Shown here one piece after another: positions 19,645-29,923 of a DNA stretch of 64,000 nucleotides. Both the position numbers and the translations under genes were made by a program. Under the pieces are notes generated by a model. That model saw only the letters and a list, made by a program, of their open reading frames with translations, was not told the origin of the DNA and did no database searches. The DNA lies in the sequence record NC_071015.1; one strand, 5' to 3'. The first letter of the stretch is position 1. Each line of letters begins with the position of its first letter.

Positions 19645-20382
19645 TTAGTCTTTACACTCGTCCCACGTTTCTTTGCACAGTACCACTGATTCGGGAAGTT
19701 TACCGTCATCAAACAGTTCTTTAATGACAGGGTAAATCACAGCTGCCTGTTCCCCGTAACACAGTGAGACGTGCAGTAACAGACCATCAAAAGAATGCTG
19801 GAAACCACCTTCCTTCAGTTCTTTATGACGAGCCTGGACAGCAGGGGAATCCAGTTCTAACGCACACGCACGCCAGCGGGAACCGGGATCGCCCAACATT
19901 TTTACTCCTACAACTTTGGCAGTATATACCTTATCGTTTTTGGTAGGGTAGACGTCTGGGTTACGCTTATCGTACATAATCGTGGAATGCAACCGATTAA
20001 TGGGGATAAGATCAGCTCCTTCTGGTAATGCGGGGACAATCGCCCCATACAGCTTAGACCCACTACCCAGGTCTACTTGCAATTCAGCGTATCCGTGACC
20101 ACTCATTAATTTCTTCACCTTTATGACTGTTTCGTTGGTCAGCCCAGCCTGGGCACTTTCAAGACAATCGGCAATATGCTTGGTCAGGGCGGTTTCGCTA
20201 CCCTTGTGCTTTTCTTTAAAACGATCAAGCAAAATTGCCAGAAGTATTTCTTCTGTCACACCATTGGTAGTGAATTCAATTTTTGCCTGACGAACATTAT
20301 CGTTGTCATATACTTTATACTGATCCACATCGTCAGTCTTTCGTCTGACCTTTACGAGCTCAGTTTGATGGACAATTGGCAT
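19645..20382 (-). CDS. 2H phosphodiesterase, Acb1/T4 57B-like, with an N-terminal Tad1-like extension
   Basis: LHSTIMY and LHVSLCY are the two H-x-T/S catalytic motifs. ELDSPAVQARH resembles Acb1 VLDSEYLRCRH (recalled). The N-terminus has NGVTEEILLAILLDRF. Confidence 0.8.
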   Translation of the reverse strand: MPIVHQTELVKVRRKTDDVDQYKVYDNDNVRQAKIEFTTNGVTEEILLAILLDRFKEKHKGSETALTKHIADCLESAQAGLTNETVIKVKKLMSGHGYAELQVDLGSGSKLYGAIVPALPEGADLIPINRLHSTIMYDKRNPDVYPTKNDKVYTAKVVGVKMLGDPGSRWRACALELDSPAVQARHKELKEGGFQHSFDGLLLHVSLCYGEQAAVIYPVIKELFDDGKLPESVVLCKETWDECKD

Positions 20383-20548
20383 CTGGTGTTTCCTTGCCCA
20401 TGTCGATGATGAACTGACGAGTTTGTTCGCGAGTCATCCCTTGGGGTGGGTAAATGGTTTCGGAATTGAGGGCTTTATCCATTCGTTCAATATCAATAAT
20501 CACGGTAGGTTCTGGATTAGTCATTTGTTTTATCCAAAAAAAAAACAA
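20360..20548 (-). CDS. Small hypothetical protein overlapping the start of the Acb1-like gene
   Basis: About 54 aa from MTNPEP; the stop overlaps the downstream start region. Confidence 0.5.
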   Translation of the reverse strand: MFFFWIKQMTNPEPTVIIDIERMDKALNSETIYPPQGMTREQTRQFIIDMGKETPDANCPSN

Positions 20549-20588
20549 AGGTAAGGTAACGGGACATTACTGCCCCGTTACACTTTAA

Positions 20589-21254
20589 TTACTGATCACT
20601 TTCTTCCTGGGCTTTCTTACGCAGTTCTTCCACCTCTTCCACGCTCAGAATGTTCCCATTGATGGTGCTCGTTGGGTCAAACAGGTTCTTCGCAATGTGC
20701 AAGTTGGTTGCCTGCCAAGTACGGTGAATATCCACACGCTCGGAGAACGACAGATGCGACAAGGTATCACGAGAGGAGTTGAAGATAGTACGGTTCAACG
20801 TATTTTCTTCTTGATCGTAAATCACCTTTCCGTCAATTGCCCGGTTATAGAAATAGTTCTCACGTTCGATACCCGAACAGAGTTCATTAAAGTCACCGTC
20901 ATACCCAGAAACCCGATCTTGTTGATACAGGTCCATCAGTAATGGGTTGGCCATAATGTAATCTCGCATGAAACCAGTCGCCTGTTGCTGGTACTGGACT
21001 TCCGAGAGATAACCAATTTCAAACCGTCCAACGAACTGTCCGTCTTTACCATTGATACGGTTACTGAATTCCCACATACGGCTATTCATAAACGTTTTGT
21101 GGGCTTCTTTCACCGACTCCAAGGTTTCCCCTAACCAGCCCGTCAGATTGTCGTACTTCTGATACAGGTTGGTCATGTAGTTATTCAAGGCACTGGCGCT
21201 ACTGTCCGTTAATGAGCCACTGGAGCCTCGAACAAAAGCACTTGTTACATTCAC
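20589..21254 (-). CDS. Core protein downstream of the nvRNAP beta-prime N subunit
   Basis: 221 aa, abuts the beta-prime gene; YIMANP motif. May correspond to phiKZ gp59 by position (unverified). Confidence 0.6.
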   Translation of the reverse strand: MNVTSAFVRGSSGSLTDSSASALNNYMTNLYQKYDNLTGWLGETLESVKEAHKTFMNSRMWEFSNRINGKDGQFVGRFEIGYLSEVQYQQQATGFMRDYIMANPLLMDLYQQDRVSGYDGDFNELCSGIERENYFYNRAIDGKVIYDQEENTLNRTIFNSSRDTLSHLSFSERVDIHRTWQATNLHIAKNLFDPTSTINGNILSVEEVEELRKKAQEESDQ

Positions 21255-21256
21255 TA

Positions 21257-22915
21257 TCAGTCCTCCGCGATAGGTTCGCTCAGCATTAACGAGTTGATGT
21301 TCAACAAGTTAGTTTTAGTGTGCGTCGCAAAGCGGCTGGTTTTAAACAGTCGATTTGGATCCAACATTTGATGGTGTCCCCAGCTACTATATGCTTCAAT
21401 CTTCGACATCATGTCGGGGATGAAGATAACGTACATTTGGTCGCCATCGAAGTCGGCCCCGTATTCCTTAACCGTGGTAATGGGAATACGAATGGATTTG
21501 TCATCCAGGTCACGACTGAATTGAACAAAGAACGCACGGGCTGAGAGATATTGAATCGACGGGTTTCGCCCAGCTGTTACCATTGCATAGCGGTTGGTTT
21601 CAATCCAGGTATAGAACTCTTCGATTAACGGGTGACGAGTGTGCGCTGCGGTACGGATGATCTCCTTGATCTTTAACGGAGTATACCCTTTACGGTATAG
21701 CCAGCTCGTCAGGTGTTTGTCCAGACAAGTTAACCCGTATAACCACGGCAACACAATAGTATCAGAACGACAGACGCCCGATTCACCGGTAATGATAGAA
21801 CGACCAGTAAACGGAAGTTTACCTGCACCGGCGTGATAACGAATCATCCCTTTCTTACCGAACAGGATGTTCTTCTGCACTTCCATCAACGCGTCAACCA
21901 AGGGTTTCATGTTTCGACCCATCAGTTCTTCGTTTTCTTCTTCAGCACGAACATCGTCACCCGGATAGGTATCAGCCAGGGTGAAGTAGATCTTGTCAAG
22001 ATCCGTTTGCTCTTTGTTAATGTAACGGTCACGTTGATCCGATTCCACCACGGTGGTGATTTTGTTCGGCAACGGAAGGTATTTAAAGACCGCTTTACTA
22101 TTGAACTTATCCCAGAAGGCCGCAAAGTTTTCACGGTCTTTCTCTGACAGGTCAACCACTTTACTGACATCGTGTTCAATTGCACCACGGATGATGTAAT
22201 CGAGATTATCAATAAAACTGTTATACCCGAACGGGACATTCAATGCAGCCCGGAATGCTTCGATCTTAGCTGCGATCTTGAATGCGTTGTTATTGGGATC
22301 CTTGAAGCGCTTCTCTGCTCGCACATCCGGGTTAATCCAGTACTCAACGAGATTAACTTTTGGGGATTTGGTATTGAGCTTGCTAAAGAAGATCGCCCAC
22401 ATGGCTGGACTTATGAACCCTGAAACAAAAGCTGGGCGTTTTAACCACACTTTGGTTTCAATTTTGGTTGCCAGCGGTTTGACCACTTCCGACCCACAGT
22501 TATCGCAAATAACATTCATGCCATCATAGATGTTACTGCGAAACTTTTTACATTGGCAAGACGCCACTGTATCGAAATTATTCCCTTCGTACTCAGTACG
22601 CAGGAGATCAACAACAGCCTGACGATGTTCTTCGATATTGAAGTCAAAGTCATTGAGATAGATCGGTGTGGTCACCGACGTATCGTGCTTCAAATCAAAA
22701 TCTTCAAAATCAGGATAAAGGGGTGTGTAAAACGTAGGATCATCTTTTCTTGGGGTAACACCCGAAGCTTCGATCATCTTATTAAAGAGTAATCCGGGGA
22801 CCATATTCTCATCCGCGTATTTACTCAGAATGTCTGCCATCGTACTTGACATAAAAAATAAACCCCTATAGTAAAACAGGGAGAGAGGGCTTTCACCCAC
22901 CCTCCCTGTTATCAC
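21257..22915 (-). CDS. Non-virion RNA polymerase beta-prime N-terminal catalytic subunit (phiKZ gp55-like), uninterrupted
   Basis: Catalytic ADFDGD, N-terminal CxC...CxxC zinc finger, FTGRSII and GRNPSI motifs; directly after chimallin. Confidence 0.93.
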   Translation of the reverse strand: MITGRVGESPLSLFYYRGLFFMSSTMADILSKYADENMVPGLLFNKMIEASGVTPRKDDPTFYTPLYPDFEDFDLKHDTSVTTPIYLNDFDFNIEEHRQAVVDLLRTEYEGNNFDTVASCQCKKFRSNIYDGMNVICDNCGSEVVKPLATKIETKVWLKRPAFVSGFISPAMWAIFFSKLNTKSPKVNLVEYWINPDVRAEKRFKDPNNNAFKIAAKIEAFRAALNVPFGYNSFIDNLDYIIRGAIEHDVSKVVDLSEKDRENFAAFWDKFNSKAVFKYLPLPNKITTVVESDQRDRYINKEQTDLDKIYFTLADTYPGDDVRAEEENEELMGRNMKPLVDALMEVQKNILFGKKGMIRYHAGAGKLPFTGRSIITGESGVCRSDTIVLPWLYGLTCLDKHLTSWLYRKGYTPLKIKEIIRTAAHTRHPLIEEFYTWIETNRYAMVTAGRNPSIQYLSARAFFVQFSRDLDDKSIRIPITTVKEYGADFDGDQMYVIFIPDMMSKIEAYSSWGHHQMLDPNRLFKTSRFATHTKTNLLNINSLMLSEPIAED

Positions 22916-22939
22916 AGATTAATCACACTGTACTACTGA

Positions 22940-24850
22940 TTAGTAATGGCTGTAACCGCCGTGCAGACCAATGGTGTTCGCCTGCATGTTCTGGTTGATC
23001 ATTGCGGTAATCGCGTAGTTCAGGTAATCGTTGTTGCTGTTCATGCTCCACATGGAGGCCATGTTAGAACCGGACAGAGACAGGACGCCAGCGTGTGCCA
23101 TTGCCTGAGCGAAGGTATTGAAGAAGGCGTTTTCCCAGATCAGACGACGGTTCCAACCTTCTACGATCACGTTTGCACCGAACAGCTGGTTCAGACGAGT
23201 GAAGATGTTGAACTGACGTACTTTCAGGTTGTCGCCACCCAGGAAACCGTTCACCAGACCCTGGTACTCGTGGATCGCTGATTCGTTGTTGCCGTAGTAC
23301 TGCTCCTGACGCAGGAACATGCCGTCAACTTCGGCCAGGTCGAACCATTTGCCATCTTTGCCCTGTGCGATACCGGCCGGCAGCATGATGTTGGTTGCTT
23401 TCAGGATCGCTTCACCCGGTGCCCAGTCTTTACGCGGATCGCGGTTAGCCAGGCTAGCGTTTTTCGCCGCCAGTTTGCTGAACTCACCTTTGGACAGAAC
23501 GTCCAGCAGATTGATCAGTGCACGGTGGTAGGTAGAGCTGGACGGTTTGGAAACCAGGTTCCACCAGAAGTCGCTGTTCGCAACGTCACGGCTGAAGGTT
23601 GCCAGATCCAGAACGTATACCGCGTTCGGCGCAACATAGGTGCTCAGCCACTGGTTAACAACCTGAGTGTTCAGGATGTTTTTGTCAGTGATGAACTGTG
23701 CAGTACCGTACGCACCCTGCAGAACCTGCGACAGGTAGAAGTTGAAGTTACCGATGTTACCACGGTTACCCACTTCTTTACCGCGCAGCGCTTCGGCGAA
23801 GTAGTTCGGCTGGTTAGCACCGATTGCACCGTACAGGCCCAGGAGTGCGGTCAGCATGCTGTTGTTGTTGTTCAGGGTTTCGCCCGGAACGGTAACACCA
23901 GTGGAGATAACCGGTACCAGAGGACCGACAACACGACCCGGGTTCTGCGCACGCGCTTGACCGAACTGAGACACCGACATCGCTTCCAGGCTTACGGTCA
24001 TGTAGTTGGTGGCTACAGAGCGGGTCTGAGAACTGTTCGGGTTCTGCGTGTTGTTTTTGTTGGTGGTGGAGATTTTCACCGCCAGGTTGTACGGGGTCGG
24101 CTGGCCGTCGATGGTCAGACGGTGTACCGGTTCGATACGGGCTACTGCTGCGTCGTCTTTGCCGAACATGTTACCGTCTTTGAACGGGTTAGGCATGTCC
24201 AGGTTCATGACCGTCAGATCCAGGTAGGCGATGTTCAGCAGCGCGGTGTGCCATTCTTTCAGAATGGAGGTACGCACGTCGATGATCATGTCTTCGTATT
24301 TGACGGAGTTTTTCACGAACGGTTCCAGATCCAGAACAGTCGGGGCCAGGATGATGACCTTTTCCATCTGCTTGCCGTCAACGTAGCCGTACTGCGTTTT
24401 CACTTTTTCCAGCAGCTGCATGTCCATGAAAGACGTGGCCGGTTTGGCGATACCGCGCGGTACAGATTCGTTTTGCAGGTAGATGGATTCGGTGACTTCG
24501 GTCACGCCTGCTTTGTAGAACAGAACCGGCATAACGTAAACGCGTGCGCCGATCACAGTTGACAGGGTGATGCCCGGCAGCTGAGGAGAGATGTCCGGCG
24601 TCATGTTCTGCACGTTTTTCGGCAGCGTCATTTTCTGCGCTTCGGAGGCGGTGTTTTTGTTCAGCGCTTTCAGAACTTCTTCGACACTTTTAACAACGTC
24701 GTTCACTTCGGTGATGCTGTTGTTGGAAGAGATGAGGTTCTGCGAAGTCAGCAGCGCGAACAGTGGGTTGTTTTTATCCACGGAGTTTTTACCTGCGTTA
24801 TTGTTGTTGGAAGAATTCTGGGATTCGTTGTTTAAAGAATCGAGAGACAT
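22940..24850 (-). CDS. chmA: Chimallin, major phage-nucleus shell protein
   Basis: 636 aa with an N/S-rich N-terminal arm and strong high-expression codon bias. It lies between the DNA polymerase region and the beta-prime N gene, as in known nucleus-forming phages. Confidence 0.85.
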   Translation of the reverse strand: MSLDSLNNESQNSSNNNNAGKNSVDKNNPLFALLTSQNLISSNNSITEVNDVVKSVEEVLKALNKNTASEAQKMTLPKNVQNMTPDISPQLPGITLSTVIGARVYVMPVLFYKAGVTEVTESIYLQNESVPRGIAKPATSFMDMQLLEKVKTQYGYVDGKQMEKVIILAPTVLDLEPFVKNSVKYEDMIIDVRTSILKEWHTALLNIAYLDLTVMNLDMPNPFKDGNMFGKDDAAVARIEPVHRLTIDGQPTPYNLAVKISTTNKNNTQNPNSSQTRSVATNYMTVSLEAMSVSQFGQARAQNPGRVVGPLVPVISTGVTVPGETLNNNNSMLTALLGLYGAIGANQPNYFAEALRGKEVGNRGNIGNFNFYLSQVLQGAYGTAQFITDKNILNTQVVNQWLSTYVAPNAVYVLDLATFSRDVANSDFWWNLVSKPSSSTYHRALINLLDVLSKGEFSKLAAKNASLANRDPRKDWAPGEAILKATNIMLPAGIAQGKDGKWFDLAEVDGMFLRQEQYYGNNESAIHEYQGLVNGFLGGDNLKVRQFNIFTRLNQLFGANVIVEGWNRRLIWENAFFNTFAQAMAHAGVLSLSGSNMASMWSMNSNNDYLNYAITAMINQNMQANTIGLHGGYSHY

Positions 24851-24944
24851 TGGGTCATTCCTTATACGATATAGGCTATAGATTAACGTTAATTTACAGG
24901 GTGGGAGATACTAAAGAAAACATTTGTTTCTTTATACACTCTAA

Positions 24945-24952
24945 TAATATAG
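24945..24952 (-). promoter_or_regulatory. Putative early promoter for chmA
   Basis: Minus strand TTGAAGT-CTATATTA, about 95 nt upstream of the chmA start. Confidence 0.55.
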
Positions 24953-25118
24953 ACTTCAATTATTTTAGCGTCATAAAAATTTGACAGTAAATCGTATGAA
25001 TACATATCAATAGACGTACGACTCCCGTCTGTCATCTAAGGACAAGCCTTAGATGTTATTTTACATATAATAGAAACTTTCATTAATTTTTTAATGAAGC
25101 TTCTTTGAGGTCCCATTA

Positions 25119-26213
25119 ATGTCATACTTCAGACTTAACAACAATGGGCTGGATAACGGTGTTCAAGAATATGCGGCATTGAACAACCTGCGACGAATCA
25201 TGGATCGAAACAATGATCGGTTTATCGACTATATCCATCTCGGTAATCGGGTGCTTGAAAACCAGAACCCATTGGTCACTTTTATCCAACTGTTTTCCGT
25301 GAACGTAGAATGGTCTCAGGAATACTTAATTAATGTGATCAAGAACAACGTTCAACATTACGCCAGTGAGGTCAACTTCACATCCTTGTATAATAAAGGA
25401 AAGGACCACATTGGTAGCATCTATCCAGAAGCGGATCACCATACCTTACTTGTCGTACCGTTTGGGAATCCTTCTCCTGAGCAAATAGATGCGTATTTCA
25501 GTATTCCTTTAAATGAGCTGATTCCGTTCTATCCTATCTACAGCACGGATTATATCCAACGCTGGGATATCATGGAGATGATTGATACTCGTCAACGTAA
25601 GAATGGCACAGAGCTGTTCAGCATCGTTCAGATCGATCCCTGGGCATTGTTAATCGGATATTATCGCTGGCTGAAGTCAGGTCGGGAATACGGTAACTCC
25701 CCGCACGGTTATTTGGCAGCGTATCCGCTGATGAACTGTTATCTGTATCATAACGAACTGGTCAATTACAACTACCTGAATGGGCAGCATGAAAAGATCA
25801 ATGTCGTTAAAGGGTATTGGACATTAGAACCTTACTTTGTTCAGCTCACCGAGTATACCGAGTTCAAACACAAGAAACTGTTAGGGACCATGTTGAAATC
25901 GTTCCGACATTTCTATCGGTATAATCGGGCTGTTAACCCCACCGTGGATCAAACTAAGTTTCTCTTTCCGCCGATGTACAAAAGCGGAATGTTTGTTCAA
26001 TTGAACTGGGTATGGTCGCTGGCTTCACTGGGGATGGCTAAACATTATCTTCACTACATGAACTTTGTGGGTACAGTGGACGGCACCATGTCTAATGACC
26101 TGGACATGTACTTTACCAAAGTGCAATTACAAAACCAATTGAACCAAATCAAAAGCGAACCGTGGAAGAAACACTTTAATCAGGTTTGGAACGACGTCAA
26201 AAAACTCAAATAA
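25119..26213 (+). CDS. Counter-oriented core protein (phiKZ gp52 position), probably virion-associated
   Basis: 364 aa between the DNA polymerase and chmA; synteny-based. Confidence 0.6.
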   Translation: MSYFRLNNNGLDNGVQEYAALNNLRRIMDRNNDRFIDYIHLGNRVLENQNPLVTFIQLFSVNVEWSQEYLINVIKNNVQHYASEVNFTSLYNKGKDHIGSIYPEADHHTLLVVPFGNPSPEQIDAYFSIPLNELIPFYPIYSTDYIQRWDIMEMIDTRQRKNGTELFSIVQIDPWALLIGYYRWLKSGREYGNSPHGYLAAYPLMNCYLYHNELVNYNYLNGQHEKINVVKGYWTLEPYFVQLTEYTEFKHKKLLGTMLKSFRHFYRYNRAVNPTVDQTKFLFPPMYKSGMFVQLNWVWSLASLGMAKHYLHYMNFVGTVDGTMSNDLDMYFTKVQLQNQLNQIKSEPWKKHFNQVWNDVKKLK

Positions 26214-26220
26214 ACATAAG

Positions 26221-26249
26221 AACTCTACCCGGAATATCCGGGTAGAGTT
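26221..26249. terminator. Bidirectional terminator
   Basis: AACTCTACCCGGA-ata-TCCGGGTAGAGTT between convergent genes. Confidence 0.7.
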
Positions 26250-26273
26250 AGCAAATGTTTTTACATAAAATTA

Positions 26274-28346
26274 TTAATGTTCGTCACTGACTAAACGGGT
26301 AATGCTGTCGTTCATGAAATACAACCCGGTTGAGTTCAGCACCTCATAAACACACTTCAAGTTTTGCTTGATGACGGTACGGTAATCAATCGCTTGTTTG
26401 ATTTCTTCTGGGATATCTCCGATGTACTGAAGACGTTCCATCGGAACAATGATGTTACCTAAATCACCACGCCCCGTTGACTCGATATACCCTTCCAGCC
26501 GTTTACGTAGATCTTCATCACCGATCTTCGCAATCCACTCCTTCATCTTTGTTTTCGATCCCAGATCTACTGACATCTTAACTCCGACATAAGGAAGCTC
26601 AGGCGCAGGACCGTATTTCTCTGAAAACACTTGTTCCCACATTTCGTGGTAGAAGTAAACAGATGCTTCGGGCTTACTGTATGCCTGACGGGTTTTGATC
26701 GACTGACGGGACAACCATTTCCAATCCCCACTTTGAATGTCATCAATGATGGTACGTTCCAGATCCCCAATCTCTTTTAATGTTTCAGGAGCATTAAGTT
26801 TCTTTTTGTGCTCGATCGCTTCTAAGGTATCGCTCATTAACTTCTGAGCAAACGCTTTGATGTTCGAAGCAATCTTCGATGACTTTAAGTGTACTCCTTT
26901 GATTTCCATATCGGGTTCTTCGTTCATCACCCCTTCCACCATTTGCTGACTAGCATAATAGTGTTTTGACATCAGGGTAGTAACGTAGGCGCCGAAATAG
27001 TACTCGTTCTTCATCCCCAACATGCGCAGGTTTTTCTTCGCCACGTTTAAGTTGGCTGAAAGCTGCTGATGCTGGTCCACAGAGATCATGCGGATGAAGT
27101 AGGTTAACACGGCATTCAGTTTCACCCCTTTGTCACGGTCATGGGTATAAGCTTCAATCATCTCGTCCACGGTATAGATGGAGGAGTCTGTATCGGAAGT
27201 CAATACACAGTCGCGAACTGCAGAGGTTACATCGAACAGACCAGACGGTGGAATCGGTGACTTGAAGAAGATGTTCAACAGGTCAGCGTATTTGTTTTCC
27301 ACGTACATGTGGTGTTCGTTCAGGGCATTGATCTGAGTCTTACTTGGTTTACGACCAAGCTTAGAGATGGCCAGGACATATTTATCACCGTTATCCGGTT
27401 TTAAATAGTCTTCATCTGTTTTACCGTCTTCTGGAACTTTGATATCCACGTACTCGTCGAAGAACGTAGAGATCACATCACGGTTGTGATTAAACAGAGA
27501 AACCAAGTCCAAGGTATAAAGGATAGACGCCAACATCAATGGGCTGGTTTCTTTTAAGAAGGATTCAATCACCCCCATGTGGTGGGCAGATGTCCAGTAC
27601 CGGCTGGAACAGTACTTAACCCGATCCATCACTTCATCTACGGTCGGGTAATGAAGCTTATACTTCTCCATAACCGATTCGAGTTTCTTCATATCGGTTA
27701 CCTGAATACGGGCTACGATCGACTGTAACGTGTTTTCAGGGGTGTTATAGAAACGGTTACCGGCAATGAACTGTTCGTTGATTAAGTTGGCTGTGGACGT
27801 CAGGCAACGGCAAGTGGACGTTAATGATGTATGTCCAGTCTTGTTGTTGATTGGTGTCCCTTCTGACGACATGGCTCCCGATTGGGCGTTGTTAAAGATC
27901 TTAAAGGCGTTTTGTAATTCGTTATATTTGCCATACAGATCACTGCTTTTCGGAACCGATTGGCGCAGGTCTTTATAATACTTACGGTTATCGATAAACA
28001 ACCGGGTTCCGATGGAGTTTACACACTCTTCTTCATCCGAGTTGGTGTAGGCCACCATCGACGGGGAGAAGTGATAGTTCTTTTGCTGTACATACTTCAA
28101 CACGGAAGAGAACGGGATCACTTTGAGTTCACGGTCTTCCATTTTGTTTTTGATAATGACTTTGGCGAGACGGGACTTGAATTTTTCTTTATTAGCTTTA
28201 AAGTACTTCACCAAGTTCTGTCTGATCTCTTCTTCATCGCCACCTGTTTTCGCTTTAATAACCATGGTATACTGGTTAATCGCGTGTTTCAAGATGTTGC
28301 GATCACTCTCATATGTTTCTGAGAGAAATGGACCCACTCCAGACAT
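26274..28346 (-). CDS. Family B DNA polymerase, polymerase-domain subunit (phiKZ gp50-like)
   Basis: K-x3-N (KIFNNAQSG), SDTDSSIY catalytic motif, KNEY and EIKGV. No exonuclease domain, consistent with the split polymerase of this group. Confidence 0.92.
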   Translation of the reverse strand: MSGVGPFLSETYESDRNILKHAINQYTMVIKAKTGGDEEEIRQNLVKYFKANKEKFKSRLAKVIIKNKMEDRELKVIPFSSVLKYVQQKNYHFSPSMVAYTNSDEEECVNSIGTRLFIDNRKYYKDLRQSVPKSSDLYGKYNELQNAFKIFNNAQSGAMSSEGTPINNKTGHTSLTSTCRCLTSTANLINEQFIAGNRFYNTPENTLQSIVARIQVTDMKKLESVMEKYKLHYPTVDEVMDRVKYCSSRYWTSAHHMGVIESFLKETSPLMLASILYTLDLVSLFNHNRDVISTFFDEYVDIKVPEDGKTDEDYLKPDNGDKYVLAISKLGRKPSKTQINALNEHHMYVENKYADLLNIFFKSPIPPSGLFDVTSAVRDCVLTSDTDSSIYTVDEMIEAYTHDRDKGVKLNAVLTYFIRMISVDQHQQLSANLNVAKKNLRMLGMKNEYYFGAYVTTLMSKHYYASQQMVEGVMNEEPDMEIKGVHLKSSKIASNIKAFAQKLMSDTLEAIEHKKKLNAPETLKEIGDLERTIIDDIQSGDWKWLSRQSIKTRQAYSKPEASVYFYHEMWEQVFSEKYGPAPELPYVGVKMSVDLGSKTKMKEWIAKIGDEDLRKRLEGYIESTGRGDLGNIIVPMERLQYIGDIPEEIKQAIDYRTVIKQNLKCVYEVLNSTGLYFMNDSITRLVSDEH

Positions 28347-28429
28347 CTATCTTCCCTCATTGGAGAAAAAAAAATTAAGGTAATAACGATTACCGAACCT
28401 ACCTTATGGTAGGCTCAGTAATCAGTTAA

Positions 28430-28852
28430 TTATTTATCATTGACAACCAAAGTGTATTCGACATTAAGGTTGTTAAAGAAGTCCAGAATGGGGCCGCGAT
28501 GATATTCCTGGAATTGACGTACCACAATGGTAGCTTCACGTGTCACGATCGACTGCAATGAGTCTTCGTTAATCCAAGGGAAGCCGATTGCGATCAGGTT
28601 GCTTTTGGTCACATCCAGCTGAAGAATGAAATAATCATACTTCGACGGGTCATTGACATTATCAACCTTGTCCTTGAACAGGCTGTAGAAATTGGCGTGT
28701 TTCAACTGGATATCGGGGTCAATGATGCGGGCGGTATTGAAATCAGCGATGGCTGTCACAATAGCACCTTTATATTGATCCCCGAAGATCCCAGGGGCGA
28801 TCATATCAAAGTTGATGATATCCCCTTTCTTTACACTGGTGAGAGTGGTCAT
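28430..28852 (-). CDS. Beta-rich (SH3-like) hypothetical protein, possibly virion
   Basis: 140 aa next to the DNA polymerase; GDIINF and IGFPWI motifs. Confidence 0.55.
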   Translation of the reverse strand: MTTLTSVKKGDIINFDMIAPGIFGDQYKGAIVTAIADFNTARIIDPDIQLKHANFYSLFKDKVDNVNDPSKYDYFILQLDVTKSNLIAIGFPWINEDSLQSIVTREATIVVRQFQEYHRGPILDFFNNLNVEYTLVVNDK

Positions 28853-29517
28853 AAATCAAAAACCTCTAACATGATGATCGGGAAGGTTATCAAAACATTC
28901 CCGTGCTTCACCTTGTCGCCTGGCAGGTCCAATACAGTTATGTCTCGAACCAATTCATGAGGAAGAAGATTTAAGTTGATGGCTTTATACAGGAAATGGT
29001 TTAACCCTTCCAGTTGCGCACCATTATAAATACCTAACCATTCGGCCAGGTGGTTAACAAAATCGCCACCCTTGATACGCTGACCACTGAAAACATAATC
29101 CCAGCTTGGGGGATCTTCAGTTACCAATACGGCATGATCATTCACGTATTCAACGAAGAATTCCAACGGACCCCACAGATACCCGTCATCAGATCCGTCT
29201 AATACGGCTTCCAGCTTTTCTAAACACTCCTTTACTGACGTGTCAAAGCTAGCGACCTTTTCCACCAAAGTGACATCATCTTCACTGGCGAACCCGTAAT
29301 TGATTGCACCACCCACACTGGAAAAGAATTGGGCGCAGATTTTCCGCTGCCACGGTTTCAAGGTGTCCTTTTTAATTTGTGCTTTATAAGCTTCTTGAAA
29401 ATTTAACATCACTTTCAAAATACTTTCATCATCGATGACTTCATCCTTAAAGTCACCGAGTTCGATAATGCCTTCCAGCAACTTATCGTATTCGAAATGG
29501 TTGGCGCGAATAAACAT
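28849..29517 (-). CDS. Hypothetical protein
   Basis: 222-aa ORF in the operon. Confidence 0.65.
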   Translation of the reverse strand: MFIRANHFEYDKLLEGIIELGDFKDEVIDDESILKVMLNFQEAYKAQIKKDTLKPWQRKICAQFFSSVGGAINYGFASEDDVTLVEKVASFDTSVKECLEKLEAVLDGSDDGYLWGPLEFFVEYVNDHAVLVTEDPPSWDYVFSGQRIKGGDFVNHLAEWLGIYNGAQLEGLNHFLYKAINLNLLPHELVRDITVLDLPGDKVKHGNVLITFPIIMLEVFDL

Positions 29518-29524
29518 GCATGCC

Positions 29525-29923
29525 TCAGCTACACGTAAAGGTCATATGAGCAGTAGTGTAATTGGCTGCCATGACGCAGTAGATGTCAGAGTAATCCCGA
29601 GAGATTCCATCCAGCCACATTTTAAACATCATGTAGTCATTCTGAAAACGGTTATCAACCGCCGCATTTCCAGTATTAACACTTTCCGTATTGAAGTTCG
29701 GGTCGTACGGAATATCGTGACGAACGCCGTACGCCAATAACAAAAGGGCAATGGCACTTATCATCACTTCCGTGGGCAACCCAGGAGCAGTAAGGTTATA
29801 ACTAAACGTTTTGCTTAAAGGATCCTTACCAAGGTCCCATGAGCCGTTATTCAGATTCGAAAGATCCATTAGTGCGGTCCTTAATATAGAAACGTTGATT
29901 ACGAAAATAATAATCCTCAACAT
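29525..29923 (-). CDS. Hypothetical protein
   Basis: ORF in the operon; start probably MDLSN. Confidence 0.55.
   Translation of the reverse strand: MLRIIIFVINVSILRTALMDLSNLNNGSWDLGKDPLSKTFSYNLTAPGLPTEVMISAIALLLLAYGVRHDIPYDPNFNTESVNTGNAAVDNRFQNDYMMFKMWLDGISRDYSDIYCVMAANYTTAHMTFTCS

Noticed and set aside
23525-24562. Long plus-strand ORF (345 aa) antisense to chmA, and similar shadows at 8263..9249, 5979..6746, 11105..11731 and 31467..32189
   Set aside because: They mirror strongly codon-biased real genes, have no RBS or motifs, and show a V/H/R/Q-rich composition typical of antisense shadows.
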